Positions 28,121-42,818 of a stretch of 64,000 nt of DNA are shown in pieces (positions within the stretch are counted from its first letter, which is position 1; each line of letters begins with the position of its first letter). Below the pieces are notes generated by a model, which saw nothing but the letters and a program-made list of their open reading frames with translations, did not search any database and was not told the DNA's origin. The position numbers were made by a program, and so were the translations under genes. The stretch covers positions 2,391,697-2,455,696 of the forward strand of contig MU004234.1 of NCBI GenBank assembly GCA_010405405.1, read 5' to 3'. Source of the DNA: Microthyrium microscopicum (Eukaryota).

Positions 28121-31100
28121 GGTGATGGTAGAAATTGTGGGATTGTAGGGTGTGTTGATGATAGGGAGAAGAAGGAGGATGAATGTTTGTAGTGAGGGTT
28201 GAAGGATGGATGATGAAGAAAGTTAGAGGACTAGTAGTGAGCACAGCGGTTATAGGGATTCATAAAAGAATTTGGAGGTTACTTGAAGGTTCAAAATAGG
28301 TGGGTGAAGAGTGTTGAGTTATAGGTGAGGGTGGTTGTGCTCTTCCTAAAGAGGAAAATGCGACAACATGCTACGCAAACGAGAAAGAGCGACCGGTTTG
28401 GGCACTTTCGATCAAGGCCACATGATATGCTAATTGAAACACTATGCTATTATAAGGTAGCTCGACCTTAAGCATCTATCGTACTTGACATATAAATCAG
28501 AAAGGTAGCTGTTTGGGGGTGGTTATAAAGACATCACTTGGAAAGCAGTTGTAGGTCGTAGCAAACCTCCCAGTCGAGGCATTTGGAGGTAGCAGAAATT
28601 TCATGTTTAGAAGATATACTCAATTGGTTGTAGAATGATGATGTCAAATTGCCAGTAGTATATGGCAAGACAATGGAATCTGGCCAAGGGCGCAACAAGC
28701 ACAGATCCGACTGACGACTTGAACAAGCAGCCCCTCGTTTGTTCTTTACAAGTCGATGGCTCCTGTCACAATCGATCCATTTTGTTCAAGATGTGACAGT
28801 TCTTTCAATTGTTGGGCAAAAATCCAGTGATCCGGGCATGTTTTCAAGGCTGCAAAAAAGGTAAATTGTGCTTGTGCAGGATTCGTGCTTGGTGCTTGCT
28901 GTCATCAAAGAGCAAAGAGACTATTCTGTAACGTCATATCAATGTCCTCCTTGAGCTGCCTCGATATCTAGCAGAATCGACTATTTATACAGCAAAGATG
29001 AAGTTGGAGTAGAGAAGGGCGAAGGACGAAATATTTGGTGAAAATATGTAGGCCCGTGCATACGAACCCCGGATGCTCGCGTGGCCGTAGATTCAGCACG
29101 CGCTGGGTCCCGCCTCAACTGCAAATCTGAAGATCACAACTGACGAGCCAACAACTTCCTAGTTTTATGCGGATACAGATTGGTGATAGAATGCCGTGCG
29201 AAAGCTTAATACTCTTAGTCACAACATCAACAAATACCGAAATCAGAAAGGAACCAATGCAGTGACAACGTCACAGCAACTACCTGACAGAAATTAGCGA
29301 TACAAGTGGATGAAAGACAATTTCGTGGTTGGTGGAAGCTGAAGAAGGAAATCAGAAAGAAAAGACCAAAAAGCAAAAAGGGAAGAAAATTTGGGATGAC
29401 CCCAGATTTGATCCGACCAACTGGAATTCAAGGAAAGCGAAAGGTAAGGCACGCCACCAGCCGTTTGTGCATGCAACTCACAGCGCTCTTGGCGATTCGT
29501 GAGAGGCCCAAACAAGTCAAACGACTCCCCGGTTTTTCCAAACTCTGGCACCCTGCCCTGCGGACGGCACAAGCTGCCTTCCGCCTTGCAGCAGAGCCGC
29601 CTGGACTCTCGTCGTATACTGGGCGCGACGGGGTAATCAGTATAAACAGCTGGAGGGCGGCCTCTATCAATAATACATGGTCTTGCACATATGCTACAAC
29701 ATTCAACTCGGTCTTTGGATCCCTTCAAGGCGTCGTACTACTTGCTTTCATGGGAGGTCCTTGATGGATGGACGAGCAAGAGACCAAACACAGCATACCC
29801 CTCATTGGTTTAGAGTTGGTGTCTGGTCACAACGGCGGAGCATGCCTAGTTTGGCGAGAACCGAATGCTGCATGGCGACTTTTGGATGGTAGAGTTGACA
29901 GCAAGGTAACTACTACTCCGCAGCACAGTAACCTTTGAGCAGAGTGCAGATCCGAGCCGCAGGCATATAAATGGCGACAAGCTCTTATGTGACTTCAAGA
30001 CCCGTCCTTCCGTCGTGGGGGAAGACATGGCCTTAATATATATTCCTTGCCAAGGATGACAAGGCAACAGAACAGTTGGACTATTGACCTTTCACAATTG
30101 AGCTAGATGGATTATCTAGTCTGTCATTTCCTACGTAAACATAACGCTAGCGGAGGAATTCTGGAAACGTAGCGGTGGAAACTCCGGTACTGTACCATAC
30201 CTGTATATTTGCTGGGAGCCTGGGACGGTTTGAGTGTCGAAATGCCCCCCACATCAGGGTTCGCTGACTTTGGTTCAGGCCTCCAGGGTCTTGTGGCCGA
30301 AATGGTGAATAATTGGGTCCGCAGAATAGGTGGGGCGCGATTCCCCATTCACTCTGGGTGGTAGAACGGTGCTGGAGGCGCATTCTAAGGAGACTGTCTG
30401 GCCAAAATATCATTCTTATCAAGCTACCTTATGTTTAGGGACTGGTGGACTATGTTACTTGAAAGCATCATTTCAAGAAGTTAGCCAGCAGTTAACATTT
30501 GTCTTGAAGAAAAGTGATTGATATTGGGCCCAGGTTATTATAGCGAGCCATGGTATTCTTGGCTAGTGGCGTATTGTATTAGTAGGCCGGGATAATATGC
30601 CTAAAGCAGCAAAGATTTGCAGTGATAGAGAGGATAGTCCATAAATTGTGTAAGAGAAACAGATTACTAATAATGTGCTCAAGGCTAGTGGGCATCCTCC
30701 ATTTGAAGCCCATCAACCGGACCATATGTTGAGCGTGAACTGGAAGCGGGCTGCGGCTTCCCAGCATGGGCTCATCTCTGACCTCAGTAGTCTGTACGGT
30801 CTACGGAGTAGTCAAATCATCCTTCCAAGTTTCCGCCAGACTGGACATCATCTAGCAGCACACTGTCATTGCGAATCGTCCGCCATTACCACTGCCACCA
30901 CTAACACAAGTCGCGATTCTTGTCTTTGTCGCACTCGCTCGAGCTTACGCTGTCTGGAATCCATTGTAACCGCTGGAACCGTCCTCATTTTCACTTGCGA
31001 CCCGACTGTCTGGCTTCCATCAGGATTTTCACCACTACTCCATCTTCTACTTGCACGCTCATCGCGCCTCGTGTCACACAACAAGACGTATTCAGCCTTT

Positions 31101-31479
31101 CCCCCCAGAGAACGCCTTCCTGTGCGATCAGCCTCTACTTTCCTTATAGAGCGACTTGCTGGTCTTATCAAAAACAGTCGCTATTCTGTGACCTTTGACG
31201 CAAGAAACAATTGAATAGTGCCCTGCGTCCATGGCCGTTGGCTGAGAGTGAGTTATGCTCCTGCATCTTTTCATGCCTACATTGGCCCCTGCTTCTGTTC
31301 ACTGTCGAAAACTTGCTCATTATTTGCCGTTTTAATAAAACATGCCAATCCCCTTAAACTTCACTATTTTGTCATCTCCCGCAGGATCAACTGATGCGTT
31401 GTCTTACCCAATACTCACATCATGACAGTTGTGACTCTCCCAGCCAACGTTGTTATCAAGTCTGTCTGTGAAAACAGAC

Positions 31480-33360
31480 ATGCCTGTCCTCACCGTAAAC
31501 GGCGAGAAAAAGAAGGTAGCTTGGTAAGTAGTCTCATTCTATATTGTTTTACCAGCCAACATGTCTCTGCCCAACAACACTGAAGCATTGTTCGTGTTGG
31601 CATCTTGGCGATACGAAACTCTGTTGTCACCCAGATGACCTGTTTCTTTGCTGTTTGTGCTAACGTTGTTCAGTGGCCCTTGTATACGGGGACACAGGTC
31701 TTCAAAATGTGCACACAAAGATCGAGTATTGATTGAGGTGCGGAAACCTGGTCGTCCTTTGGGCACCTGTCCGCATCCTGCAGGTTCTTGTGGATGCGAA
31801 CGCGTAGTGATAAACTACATGATTCCTAGAGGTAAAGCACTTGGAATTTAGAGCAGAGGACAAACTAACAGTGTTTCTGAAGAGCGGTCCAACCCGATGA
31901 TGTCGCCAGGTCTGCCTTCTAATTTACAGCCGGCATCTAGAGTTCAGAAGAAGTCTCAGAGATCAGTTGCCAACCTTAATCAGACCGCGGTTCAGAAAGT
32001 CATCTCAGGGGATCCAGATGCGCTCGCTCAATTGGCCAGGTTTCCCACAGAAAGCTTTCCGCATGCTTCTGACGATTCTAGCGAACCTCCTTCAACAGCA
32101 TCGAGCTCTAGTTCGACCCCAAGGATTGATGCTATTCACACACCACAAAGTTCTGTTTATAGTGAGAATGCTAGCCAGCCTGGTAACGATCATCGATGGC
32201 AAGGGGGATGGACAGGATATGATGGGGGCCTACAATCCGCCCAAGGACCGGGACAACCTATCCAACCACCACAACAGCAGGAGCCATCATCGTGTTGCTG
32301 TCCTGAACCAAAAGAATCGCCGACTCCTAGAGTAGCGGAAGCACCACAGACTCCAGGCCATCCGATGTATCAAATACCCTCTTCCACCCATCCACAGCCA
32401 TTTCCTCATGCCCATCAATTCCAATCTGCTCCTCTGGCTCATCAAGGCTATGCCACTCAGTCAGGCGCTCCATTCACACAACCGGACTTTCCCTCCTTCG
32501 AATTTGATATTGGATGCGGCGGAATGCACCTACCTTCTGATTCTATTCAAGAGCGAATCATGGCTGGTGGTCATTCTGACTGTGGCTGTGGAGATACATG
32601 CGAATGCTTTGCATGCATGACACATCCGAACAACAACACTACTATAAAATATGTAAAATATCACCAAGAGATACTTACCAGGCCGGCATATCTACCTGAA
32701 GGATTCCCACCGCCTGCTACGCAATTCTCTTCGGTCAATCGAGTCGATTACAGCCTACCATTCCAATATGACCCAACACATCCTCCACCTGCTGTACTAC
32801 AATCCTTTCCGCACAACTTTGGTAATCACTTTGCTGGCCAAGTTCCGGTGGGTTTCGCTGTTCCTGCCTGGCCAACAACTGCTGGACCTTCAGTGCAAAT
32901 TCCGCATACTCCAGTAACAGAGATGGAGGGCATGCATTTCGGCCCGGTGCATTCTCAACTGGATCCTTCAATGCATGCAGTGACTGGAATTCCTTCATAC
33001 CTTAAACACGAGCCTATCGCACGCCCACAAAACGGACCATCTACGGCAGAAGAACGCAAAGATCCAAATGGCAAGACGCGTATAACATCGCCTCTGATGA
33101 CGGCTGCATTTGATGCCGAATCACCTGCAGATGACGATAGCTCGACACTCTCCCCATCGTCCTTCCTCGTTCAACAGTTTACTCTTCCTGGATGCGACGA
33201 TATCACCGGTACCTGTCAATGTGGAGAAGGTTGCAAATGCTCCGGATGCGTAACACATAGCGGACACAGATCCAATGAGGGTGGTGGTGAGACTGAAGAC
33301 GAGTTCAACAACTTTCTCTTAGATCCCGCCAAGGAAGATTTACCCAGTTGCTGCCGCTAG
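31480..33360 (+). CDS. Copper-fist transcription factor (Ace1/Mac1/Cuf1 family), 3 exons
   Basis: MPVLTVNGEKKKVAC/GPCIRGHRSSKCAHKDRVLIEVRKPGRPLGTC, with introns at about 31524-31673 and 31832-31881. Two Cys/His motifs: CGCGDTCECFACMTH and CQCGEGCKCSGCVTH. Confidence 0.9.
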
Positions 33361-34763
33361 CTGGATTTGAGGGCGTACGAATGGCAAAGTGTCAATTGGG
33401 AACACAGGATTGTCGAGTCCAGTATGGAAACGATACGCATAATATCATGAGCATGGAGCAGTTTACAGAAAGATACCCCCACTCCGAGGAATAGGAATGC
33501 ATGACGGACGAGACCAGGTTTTGGCGTACACAGGTCATATATCATTGGATAGATCCAACAGCGGGAAAAAGAGCTGTTTTTATCCCTCAACCCTTTCCGT
33601 CTACTCGTGAACATGAGATGGTATTAAGTGGGCGAGATCTTCTAATAGCGCACCCTGATGGATTCGGCTTTGAGTTCAGTATTCGCCTGCCTTTCAAGCC
33701 TTGCAATAGAGCAAGAAAGGATGCAGACAAAGGTTGAAGTTCTTAGCGATCATCCCATGATGCTTCAGCAATCAGCTGTGAAATTGGTGCAGCAACTACA
33801 AAATGCTGCGGCCTGTACAGCCGTCGCGAACGTATTTATTATGCTTTGCGAATGAGTTGCCAAGTCTAGTAAGTCAAGCAGTCAGTGCGCATGACATTAT
33901 TCCCGTTCGACAAGATATTATGACACTTGACAGCGATGGCTTTTCGGTCTTTATAAACACAAAAGTTTCGTTTCATGCTTGTCATACATAGTACATCCAG
34001 GCCGCACCAACAGCGGCCCGCGGATGTTTCCTTTCGCATGTCTTGGGTGGGAACAAATAAGGTAGAGTGGACATCCTTTTACGCCCGGCTGTAATGATCT
34101 AGGCCAAGTAGCTTGGAAAGCCCTGCTCATCATCGATATAGTAGTACCCAAGCAACCCTCTTCAATATCGATACTGGACCAAGCGCGACCTTGCCCACAC
34201 AAGGCTTGCGATTCGATCCATCGACATAACGCCGGAAATTGTGCTCATAGTCCTACAAATGTAGATCGTACATTCAAAGCCGCATTTGTTGAGTGCAGAA
34301 TCTCGAGTGAGTTTGGCACTATTTGTGGCTTCCTTGTGGCTTTCAAACACTATCCAGATCGTCAATTCCGTTTCAAGTTTCTGGGGAGCCCTGTTCAAAG
34401 CGACATTTGACAGAACTACTCTGATAATTCTTTAACTTTGCTGCAGAGATCTTATCTTCCAGATGAAACCACAAACTTAATTTGTTTGACGCCCGTCCGT
34501 ATCCCTTCCCATGGTCTCGAAGCAACCATATACTAGCCATGTTGCCAAAAAGCTTGGGCTTATTAACTGTCTGCTCTATATGCTGCTGAGGCTTTGCCAA
34601 AGTATGTCCTCAGTTGTTTATTTGAGCAATAATGTAGCGCTCTATACTTAGTGCCCGAAATGTCTTGTTCTCTCCCCACCGAACTGTACATTTGACCCTA
34701 CATTCCTCGACTCTTCCATTCTGCGCCAACTGCTTCTTAGATTGGAACTGGAGGTTGTTGACC

Positions 34764-36858
34764 ATGATCAACTCACTTACTGAGCTGTTTACGCTCTGTC
34801 TCCTATTAACCAATTTCGTTGATGGTAAAGATTGACTCATCCACCTTTTGAACGCATGTGCTAATTTCTAAATATAGCCGCAGCAGTCGATTTCGGAAAA
34901 GAGGAAAGAATATTTGCGGAAAATCTTATACCTCGAGCTTTACCTGCCGCCCCAGATGGATATGCGCCCATGCGAGTTCCCTGTCCTCAGGACGGAGGGC
35001 CCATTCGAACTGCCTGGGAATTATCTCCCAGTGAGCAAGAATGGCTCAAAAAGCGAAGACCGAATACCGTAAACGCCATGAAGGACTTTATAAACCGCGC
35101 CAATATCGACGGCTTCGATGCGAATAAATACATTGACAAAGTCAAAGGAAACGTGGACAATCTTCCCAACATCGGAATAGCATTTTCTGGCGGTGGATAT
35201 CGGGCTATGCTTACCGGTGCTGGTGTCCTTACAGCTTTTGACGATAGGACTCCTGGTGCAAAAGAGGCTGGTCAAATGGGTGGTTTACTACAAGCGTCAA
35301 CTTATGTCTCTGGTCTATCAGGTGGTGGATGGCTGGTTGGAAGTATATTTGGGAACAATTTCAGCACCGTGGGGGATATTCTTCATGCTACTTCGCAAGG
35401 CCATGGACATCTTTGGGACTTTAATCGATCGATTCTGGAAGGTCCGCAAAACCATGCTCGCATGAATATTATGGGCATGGCGGATTATTGGAAGGACATC
35501 TACACCTCCATCACGGCGAAGAGAGATTCGCATTTTGATATTTCCATTACGGATGTTTGGGCACGAGGATTTGCTCATCAACTTATCAACAACACTGACG
35601 GTGGTGCATGTGAGTTATACCCCTTACTAGCTGTGTACGCTGTTACTGATAGTCTCTAGCGATCACCTGGTCGTCTATCGCTGACCAGCCCGGTTTTGGC
35701 GATGGCCAGATCCCAATGCCAGTGCTCGTAGCCGGCTCTCGCGATCCAAATGAAGTAATCGTCCCAAGAAACGCCACAATCTTCGAATTCAATCCATGGG
35801 AAATGGGTTCATGGGATCCCCATCTCTACGCCATGGCACCCGTAAAGTACGTCGGTTCCCCTTACGACAAGGGCCAAATCATCGATCGCCAATGCTACGC
35901 TGGTCTCGACAATATTGGTTTCGTCATGGGCACATCGAGCTCTCTGTTCAATGAAGTCGCAACCACATTGATGGAAAACGCGCCCGGTGCCACCTACCAA
36001 TATCTGAAAAACCTCATGCTGGATCTCGCTCAAAAGCTCTCTGGCAAAGACAACGATATTGCTTCCTGGTCGCCTAATCCCTTCAAGGGGTGGCGTCCTG
36101 ATACCTATCGTGGTTCCGCGGGTGACCATCTCAGCCTCGTCGACGGCGGTGAAGACTTTCAGAATATTCCTATCTACCCACACATCCAACCGAACCGCAA
36201 AGTCGACGTAATTTTTGCCGTCGACTCCTCCGCTGACACTGTAGGTGCCAGCGCCGGCTGGCCCAATGGAACATCGCTGATTGCTACCTATGAGCGCAGC
36301 ACAAACGCATACATCATGAACGGCACCGGCTTCCCCAAAATCCCCGACATGAACACCTTCGTCAACCTAGGCCTCAACACCAAACCCACCTTCTTCGGCT
36401 GCAACTCCGCCAACATCTCCGGCCCAGCCCCCCTAATCGTCTACCTGCCCAACCACCCCTACTCCTACTGGTCCAACATATCCACCGTGACCCTAAAAAT
36501 GCCACCAGAGATGCGCGACGGCATGATCAACAACGGCTACAATGTCGCCACCATGGGCAACGGCACACTGTCAGACAAGTGGCCAGCGTGCGCCGCATGT
36601 GCGATTATGCAGAGGAGTTTTGAGCGCACAAAGACGACGCCGCCGAAAATGTGTCTGGATTGTATGGCGCAGCATTGCTGGAATGGGTCGGTGGATTCTA
36701 GTACGCCGCATTTTGATCCGCCGTTGGTTAATCCGAGTGGCAAGTTTACGGTGCGGCCGAAGAAGAATTCGGCGGTGGGGGGGAAGGGGAGTGTGTCGAT
36801 GGGTGGGTTGTTGATGGCGAGTACTATGGTCGCGCTGGCGACTAGTACGATGAGATGA
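34764..36858 (+). CDS. Lysophospholipase / phospholipase B, secreted and probably GPI-anchored, 3 exons
   Basis: Signal-peptide exon from 34764 (intron about 34825-34878). Motifs SGGGYRAML, GLSGGGW, FEFNPWEMGSWD, LVDGGED and AVDSSADT, with a hydrophobic C-terminus. Confidence 0.92.
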
Positions 36859-37315
36859 GTGGGAGTATGGGGAGGCTGGAATGGGTGAGGAGGATTTGAT
36901 GTCGTATACGAATTTGGTTGGCATTTTGGAGTTATTGTTTGAGCTGTTCTGCATTCGTTTGAGATAGAGCTAGAGCTCTTTTCGTTCATTGTTGCTAAAC
37001 TTGTAAATAGTTCGTGATCTCATCAGGCTGATGGGAGATATAACAACAATTCAAAAGGTGTGGTTCAAGCATGTCGGACTATTCTTACGCGTCGGATAAG
37101 CTTCTGCATGTAAGTTCTAACGGGTCGAAGCCCAATCCTGCCTTACCGCGGGTTTTAGAGTTGACGAATGGCGACTCACGAGGTTGTAGACCGCATGCTT
37201 CAGGGCGCATGAAGTGCTGCAGTCCAGCCCGTCTCTTTAAGTACTTAACAGGACTCAGAGCCACCAACTATGGAACAATTCTACCAATGTTCATTTACTG
37301 CGGTCTGACCAAGAA

Positions 37316-39072
37316 ATGTCACATCCTCAGTCCTCTGACAGATCCAGCTCATGGAGCACCAATATTTCTCGAGCTGATCATCAGGCTGAGCAGCAATTTA
37401 CTGAGAATGGACACGCGCATCTTGATCAGGCTGAATCCAAGCTAGTGGTTTCCCCTATGCCATCGAGTCCTGTATCGCCGGTTCTGAGTTTGAGAAAGCC
37501 GCCATCAATACGGACAGCCACACCGGTATCCGACCTTGGAGGTGAAGAGCTCAAAGAGGCAAATGAGCCATGGGGGTAGACACTTTCAACATGGCAAGTA
37601 GGTTGGACCACACCCGCTTTTATGTTCGGCTTGTGGTTTTGCGGTAAGTTCATTGGTGCTCAATCATGTACGCGGATATTCTCGGTTTAATCCGACTCTG
37701 ACACAGATATATAGCACTATTCATCGCCGTAATACATCTCGTCTTGTTTGTAATTATGCAAGACAAGAGAGCCACGGGCGAGCATTCCATACCCCAATCC
37801 TACGTATCAGCCGCATCACAGTTGTTAGCCCGACTATTCAGCACAGCCCTTTGCAGTTCTCTGGCTGTTGTCTTTACCCAACACTTATGGTACGTCCTAC
37901 GAGATAGACCTATCAAGATTGATCACTTGGAGAAGTTATATGGGATTCGAGAGAACGTCCTACTTCTAGCAAGCCCAAGTGGTAGACTTGGTGATCTCGA
38001 AATCAATGAGACGACTATAATCGGCGAGTGGACCAGCCATTACACGCCATCAGGGAACTGGACAGTATATGCAGAAACAAGACAAACGTCGTGCGCTCCA
38101 AGAATAGCCTCTTATCGGCTACAGACCAGCTTCTCAGGTGGAAGTCGAAAGCTATCCTATGTGGTCAAATCAATACAGCCACTTACAGATATGCTGGGAA
38201 CTGAAGAACTTCAAACCGGCTACAATTTTCCACCCGGTTGTAAGACTAACACAGAATCCGCTTATTGGCCAGTCAACGACACGACTAGCGATCAACTGCT
38301 TGTCCTCAACGTATATTCCATAATTGACGCTGTCGTCAGCCGGCTCTCGGGAACCTTTCCCCTACAATTTGGGCCAACTTTATCTCAATTCAACCACACG
38401 CTCTCAAACGGCACAAGAATCTTACTAAATAACACAGAGACTTGGCTTTGGTCGGATCAAGCTGTTATGAAGCAGTATCTTAACTTTACGTGGGATGCCT
38501 CAAGCGCAGCTATAGATACCCCATACAATGTGCAGCGTAACAACTACACTGCCGTCGAACCGGATTTCAATTTCACACAAGAAAGTCTTAACGAAGGCCT
38601 GGCAAATGTTACTTTTAGCCTTATGTTTGCGATGGATCAATCGAACACTACCGTCGAGGCCCAGACCTGGGAACCAGTCAACGTATACAAATTTGAACCA
38701 CGCCTGAATCTCATCATACCGTATTTTCTGTGTCTGGCAGTCGCCATACCATTCTTATTCCTTGGCATGGTATCACTGAACCGGAATGGAGTATCTGCTA
38801 TGGACGGCGGATTTTTGCAAATTCTGATGACAACGACTGGAAGCAAGAGTCTTGAGAAGGCTGCCGCAGCTGGATGCCTAGGCGGTCGAGAGAACATTCC
38901 AAAAGAATTGCTGGACATGAAGATACGATTCGGAGAGTTGGTTGAAGCTGATGGACATGGCGTTGGAGATACAACTGGTGTAGTTCGGAGAGCTGGCTTC
39001 GGGACCGAGGATGAGACTATCCCATTGACGCGAAATGCTCGGTATGGCGTGCAAGAGGAGATGGGGAAGTAG
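37316..39072 (+). pseudogene. Fungal multi-pass membrane glycoprotein of unknown function with a premature TAG
   Basis: The frame from ATG 37316 hits TAG at 37577-37579, then continues TLSTWQVGWTTPAFMFGLWFC. An intron at about 37644-37713 follows, then ALFIAVIHLVLF...AVVFTQHLW, and C-terminal LIIPYFLCLAVAIPFLFLG...NGVSAMDGGFLQILMTT...IRFGEL...AGFGTEDE. Confidence 0.65.
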
Positions 39073-41366
39073 ATATCCCAGTTATTACACAAGTTGGGGA
39101 ATCTCTTGATCGTCAGACTGAAGAATGTTCTCCAAATAATCACATCAGTAAGAAGTTGGTATTGTATGTTATCGTCCCTATGGTTAACCCCTGAGGTGTA
39201 AACATTGCAATGCATACTTTCTCTGGCATTAGCAGAATATCCAGAGGCAATCCCGGTATTCATCGATCAAACTTTGATAGACAACTCATCCTCTCCATAA
39301 TACAGCCCTTGCTCTTAGAATAAGATATACTTGGCCGAAAGCCAAAATTAAAACAAACCAATCGGGTCCTCTACCAACTCAATCTGTCTAGAAATAGGTA
39401 GGAGCCTATAAAGTAGTAACACAAAGTAGTAGGAGTAAATTAACGTTACCCTTCGACGTCACCTTGTTCTATAAAAGCACCCCTACCCCAATATCAAAAA
39501 ATCCAAGTAATCTACCGGTCTATGCAGCGTTTCTCCAGACGTCATAGTAGAACGTGCGCACCTGCTAGGAAGAACATGAAACCCAGGCCCTCAATCAAAC
39601 TGGCGGCCTGTTCACTTGTTCTTTGCTGGCAGGATGAAACTGTTTTATGAAACAAAAGCAGCGACTGGACAGCTGGTGAAGACATAAAAAGTATGTCTAT
39701 GTGGATGAGGTGTGGTTAGAGATGGATAGTGGAGTTTACGGTGGATTTGTTCGTTGGAACCGCCGGCGATTTTCTGATGCAGTGATGGACAGGGGAGTCT
39801 CCCTGAGTCCAGGCCGATCTCCATCTGAAGCTAATTTCAAAGCTCGATGATTGGCATGATTTTCACCGTGGTCTGGCGCTGGCAGGGCTGGTTGGCGGTG
39901 TTTAGCGGCTTGGACCGCTTGGTGGGTTTATGGCATTCTTGATGCTGCGATGATTCTGCAAACTATACCGTGTATGAGGATTTTCAGTTTGTTTGCGTCG
40001 TACTGTTTTTTGGAGGCTTAAAGAAGTTGTTGTGATCATTGGCGCGGAAAAGACCTGATTTCAATGGGTAGTAATTGAATCCATGACCCATCGATACGGT
40101 AGAGTTGAATGTCAATTTCGAACGAGGCGCAGCAGAGCTGTCAAACAGCGGGCTCCTGCAGACTGTCAGTAGTCTGCTGCATGATGCATCTTACTGCAAT
40201 TCATCGTGTTCTCGATCTTGATAACTCCAAGAGACCGCGTGGCTCTTGTTTATACTCTGACTCTCTGAGATGGTTTTTTATTCGTAGATCTGTAGCACGT
40301 CAGAATCGTACATCGTGAGCTTTTGAAATATCACTCAAGATCAACTGCTGATACCCGAAGCCAAGTTGAAGACTTTTGAACGCCACCACGGGGTCCAGTA
40401 CGGGTTCATGGCTCCCGTTGGTTAGGGGTGGCGGTTGTGGCATCCATTGTGGCAAGCGGTCCAGAAGAGCGTTTGAAGATTCAGCATTTTGTGGTTGAAA
40501 ATGCGGCTGATTGCTGGAGCATGGCTTGCATTGGCTTGCATGGCTTCCAGCTGGCTTGCATGACACGATGGGCATATTTGCTGGGAGACCAATGATATGA
40601 ACCGGTGGCGCCTTGGCCGGGGACACGGTCCTGAGCTTAAATTCGATTTGACCCAAAGAGGCAGAGAGTGGCGTGTCCCTGCATTGGCGGATTGGAGGTT
40701 TGATCGGTTTGGTGTTTATTCTCTCTCACAGTGCTCACAGCTCTGGATTTTGATGGTGACATGGTATATTTGATAATTCATGGATTGTATAGACGGAAGG
40801 AGCTTCTTGGGATCCTTGGGAGCACTTGCCAAAGTCTGTGAGGTCACTTCCTGTAGTTCCTTCCTTGGATCTACCGCCCTCACGTGTTTTGGTCCTTTGC
40901 ACTTGCCAATTGCAATTGCCAATTCAGCCAGTCGCTCTCTCCCTTCTTGGCGCACTAGACACGGTTCAGCTAGGCGTGCCTTCCACTTCTTGTTCTTCAT
41001 CTCGCTTGCTTCCCACATTCTTCCCCTTCTCTTCTCTCCTCCAACTTCAATCTTGAATCTTCCCATCTCCATCTTCTTTTCTGCCTTTTTCTTCATCTTG
41101 CCAATTGTGTCATTTGCGCAGTTGACTTGCCTGTCGTTTTTCCAACTGACTTGTGCTTCATTGCTCTCGCTTCAAAGCCCCAGTTTAACTTTTTACTTCG
41201 CCCTTACCACCTATCTAATTCACACCGTCTTCTTGGGGTTGTGCCCTCATTCTCTCGGCCTCCTCGCTTGACTCCTAGTTGCTTTAGCCGCAATAAGAGC
41301 CTTTTCCCTTCAAAAACTTATCCAGGATCCCCTTCGACTTGTAGTTTTCACCACCCATCCATAATC

Positions 41367-42818
41367 ATGAAGGCCTCTACCACTCTCCTGGCTGCTTCAG
41401 CCTTGGTCTCTACCGCCTTTGCTGGCCCAGCTCCTGTTAAGCGGGACACCGTCAGCAATGCCAACACCCCTCCAGTCACCGTCAAGGGCAATGCATTCTA
41501 TGCCAACAACAAGCGATTCTACATCCGTGGTGTTGATTATCAACCTGGTATGCATCCATTGCAACGCGTTCAGGTCCAATTGCTAATCGCCCTTGTCTTC
41601 TAGGTGGATCCTCTAACATCGCTGATCCTATCGCCGATGCCAACTCCTGCGCTCGCGATGTTGCCGAATTCAAGAAGCTAGGAATCAACACCGTCCGTGT
41701 ATACACTGTCGACAATTCCGCCAACCACGATAGCTGCATGAAGGCCCTCGCCGATGCTGGTATCTACCTTGCTCTCGACGTCAACAGCCCACAGTACTCT
41801 CTCAACCGTGCTGATGAGGCTTCCATCCAACGTTCATACAACGACGTCTACCTGCAATTCGTCTTCGCTACTATTGATACATTTGCCAAGTACGACAACA
41901 CTTTACTGTTTTACTCAGCAAACGAGGTCATCAATGATAACGCTACTTCTTTTGCTGCTCCATATGTCAAGGCTGTCACCCGCGATATGCGTGCGTACAT
42001 CAAGGCACGCTCATACCGCTCCATCCCTGTTGGTTACTCTGCTGCCGATATCGACTCCAACCGTCTTCAAATGGCTCAGTACATGAACTGTGGTTCCGAT
42101 GATGTGCGAAGCGATTTCTTTGCTTTCAACGATTACTCCTGGTGTGACCCATCTACCTTCAGCACTTCCGGATGGGACAAGAAGGTAGCACAATACTCCG
42201 ACTACTCTCTCCCTATTTTGTAAGTTCTCCCCCCTGACCGTATCTGGTCATTGCCTGACGCATTACAGCCTGTCTGAGTTTGGTTGCAACACCAATAAGC
42301 GGGATTTTGGCGAGATTGCTGCTCTTTACTCTACTCAGATGACCTCGGTCTACAGCGGTGGTCTTGTTTACGAATACTCCATGGAAGCCAACAAGTACGG
42401 TCTCGTCCAGATTTCAGGCAGCTCAGTCTCAGAACTTGACGATTTTACTACTCTTCAAACTCAATACAAGAACAACCCCATCCCATCTGGTGATGGTGGA
42501 GCAAAGGCTTCAGGTACTGCCTCAACCTGCCCACCATTCGAATCTCCAGCTTGGGTTGTCAACACCACTCAACTTCCCGCCCTTCCAGCCAAAGCCCAGG
42601 CGTTTTTCACCAGTGGCGCTGGCACCGCACCAGGTCTTAGCAGCAAAGCCGGCTCGCAGAACGCCGGTACCGCGTCTACCGGATTCAGCTCTAACAGTGG
42701 TGTTCCCGCTACCAATGGTACCTCATCATCTGGAAAGAAGAGTGCTGCTTCCAGCGTCAGCACCGGCATCACATCTGTGGTCCTCGCTGCTTTTGGTGTT
42801 ATCGTTATGCTTTTGTAA
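41367..42818 (+). CDS. GH72 1,3-beta-glucanosyltransferase (Gas/Gel), GPI-anchored, 3 exons
   Basis: Signal peptide, RFYIRGVDYQP, INTVRVYTVDN, ANEVIND, PVGYSAAD, FNDYSWC, LSEFGC and YSGGLVYEY. Ends with a Ser-rich region and a hydrophobic GPI signal. Confidence 0.95.

Noticed and set aside
29294..31214. ORFs of 90-180 aa between the SDR and the copper-fist gene
   Set aside because: No motifs, codon bias or consistent splice structure; likely regulatory or UTR sequence.
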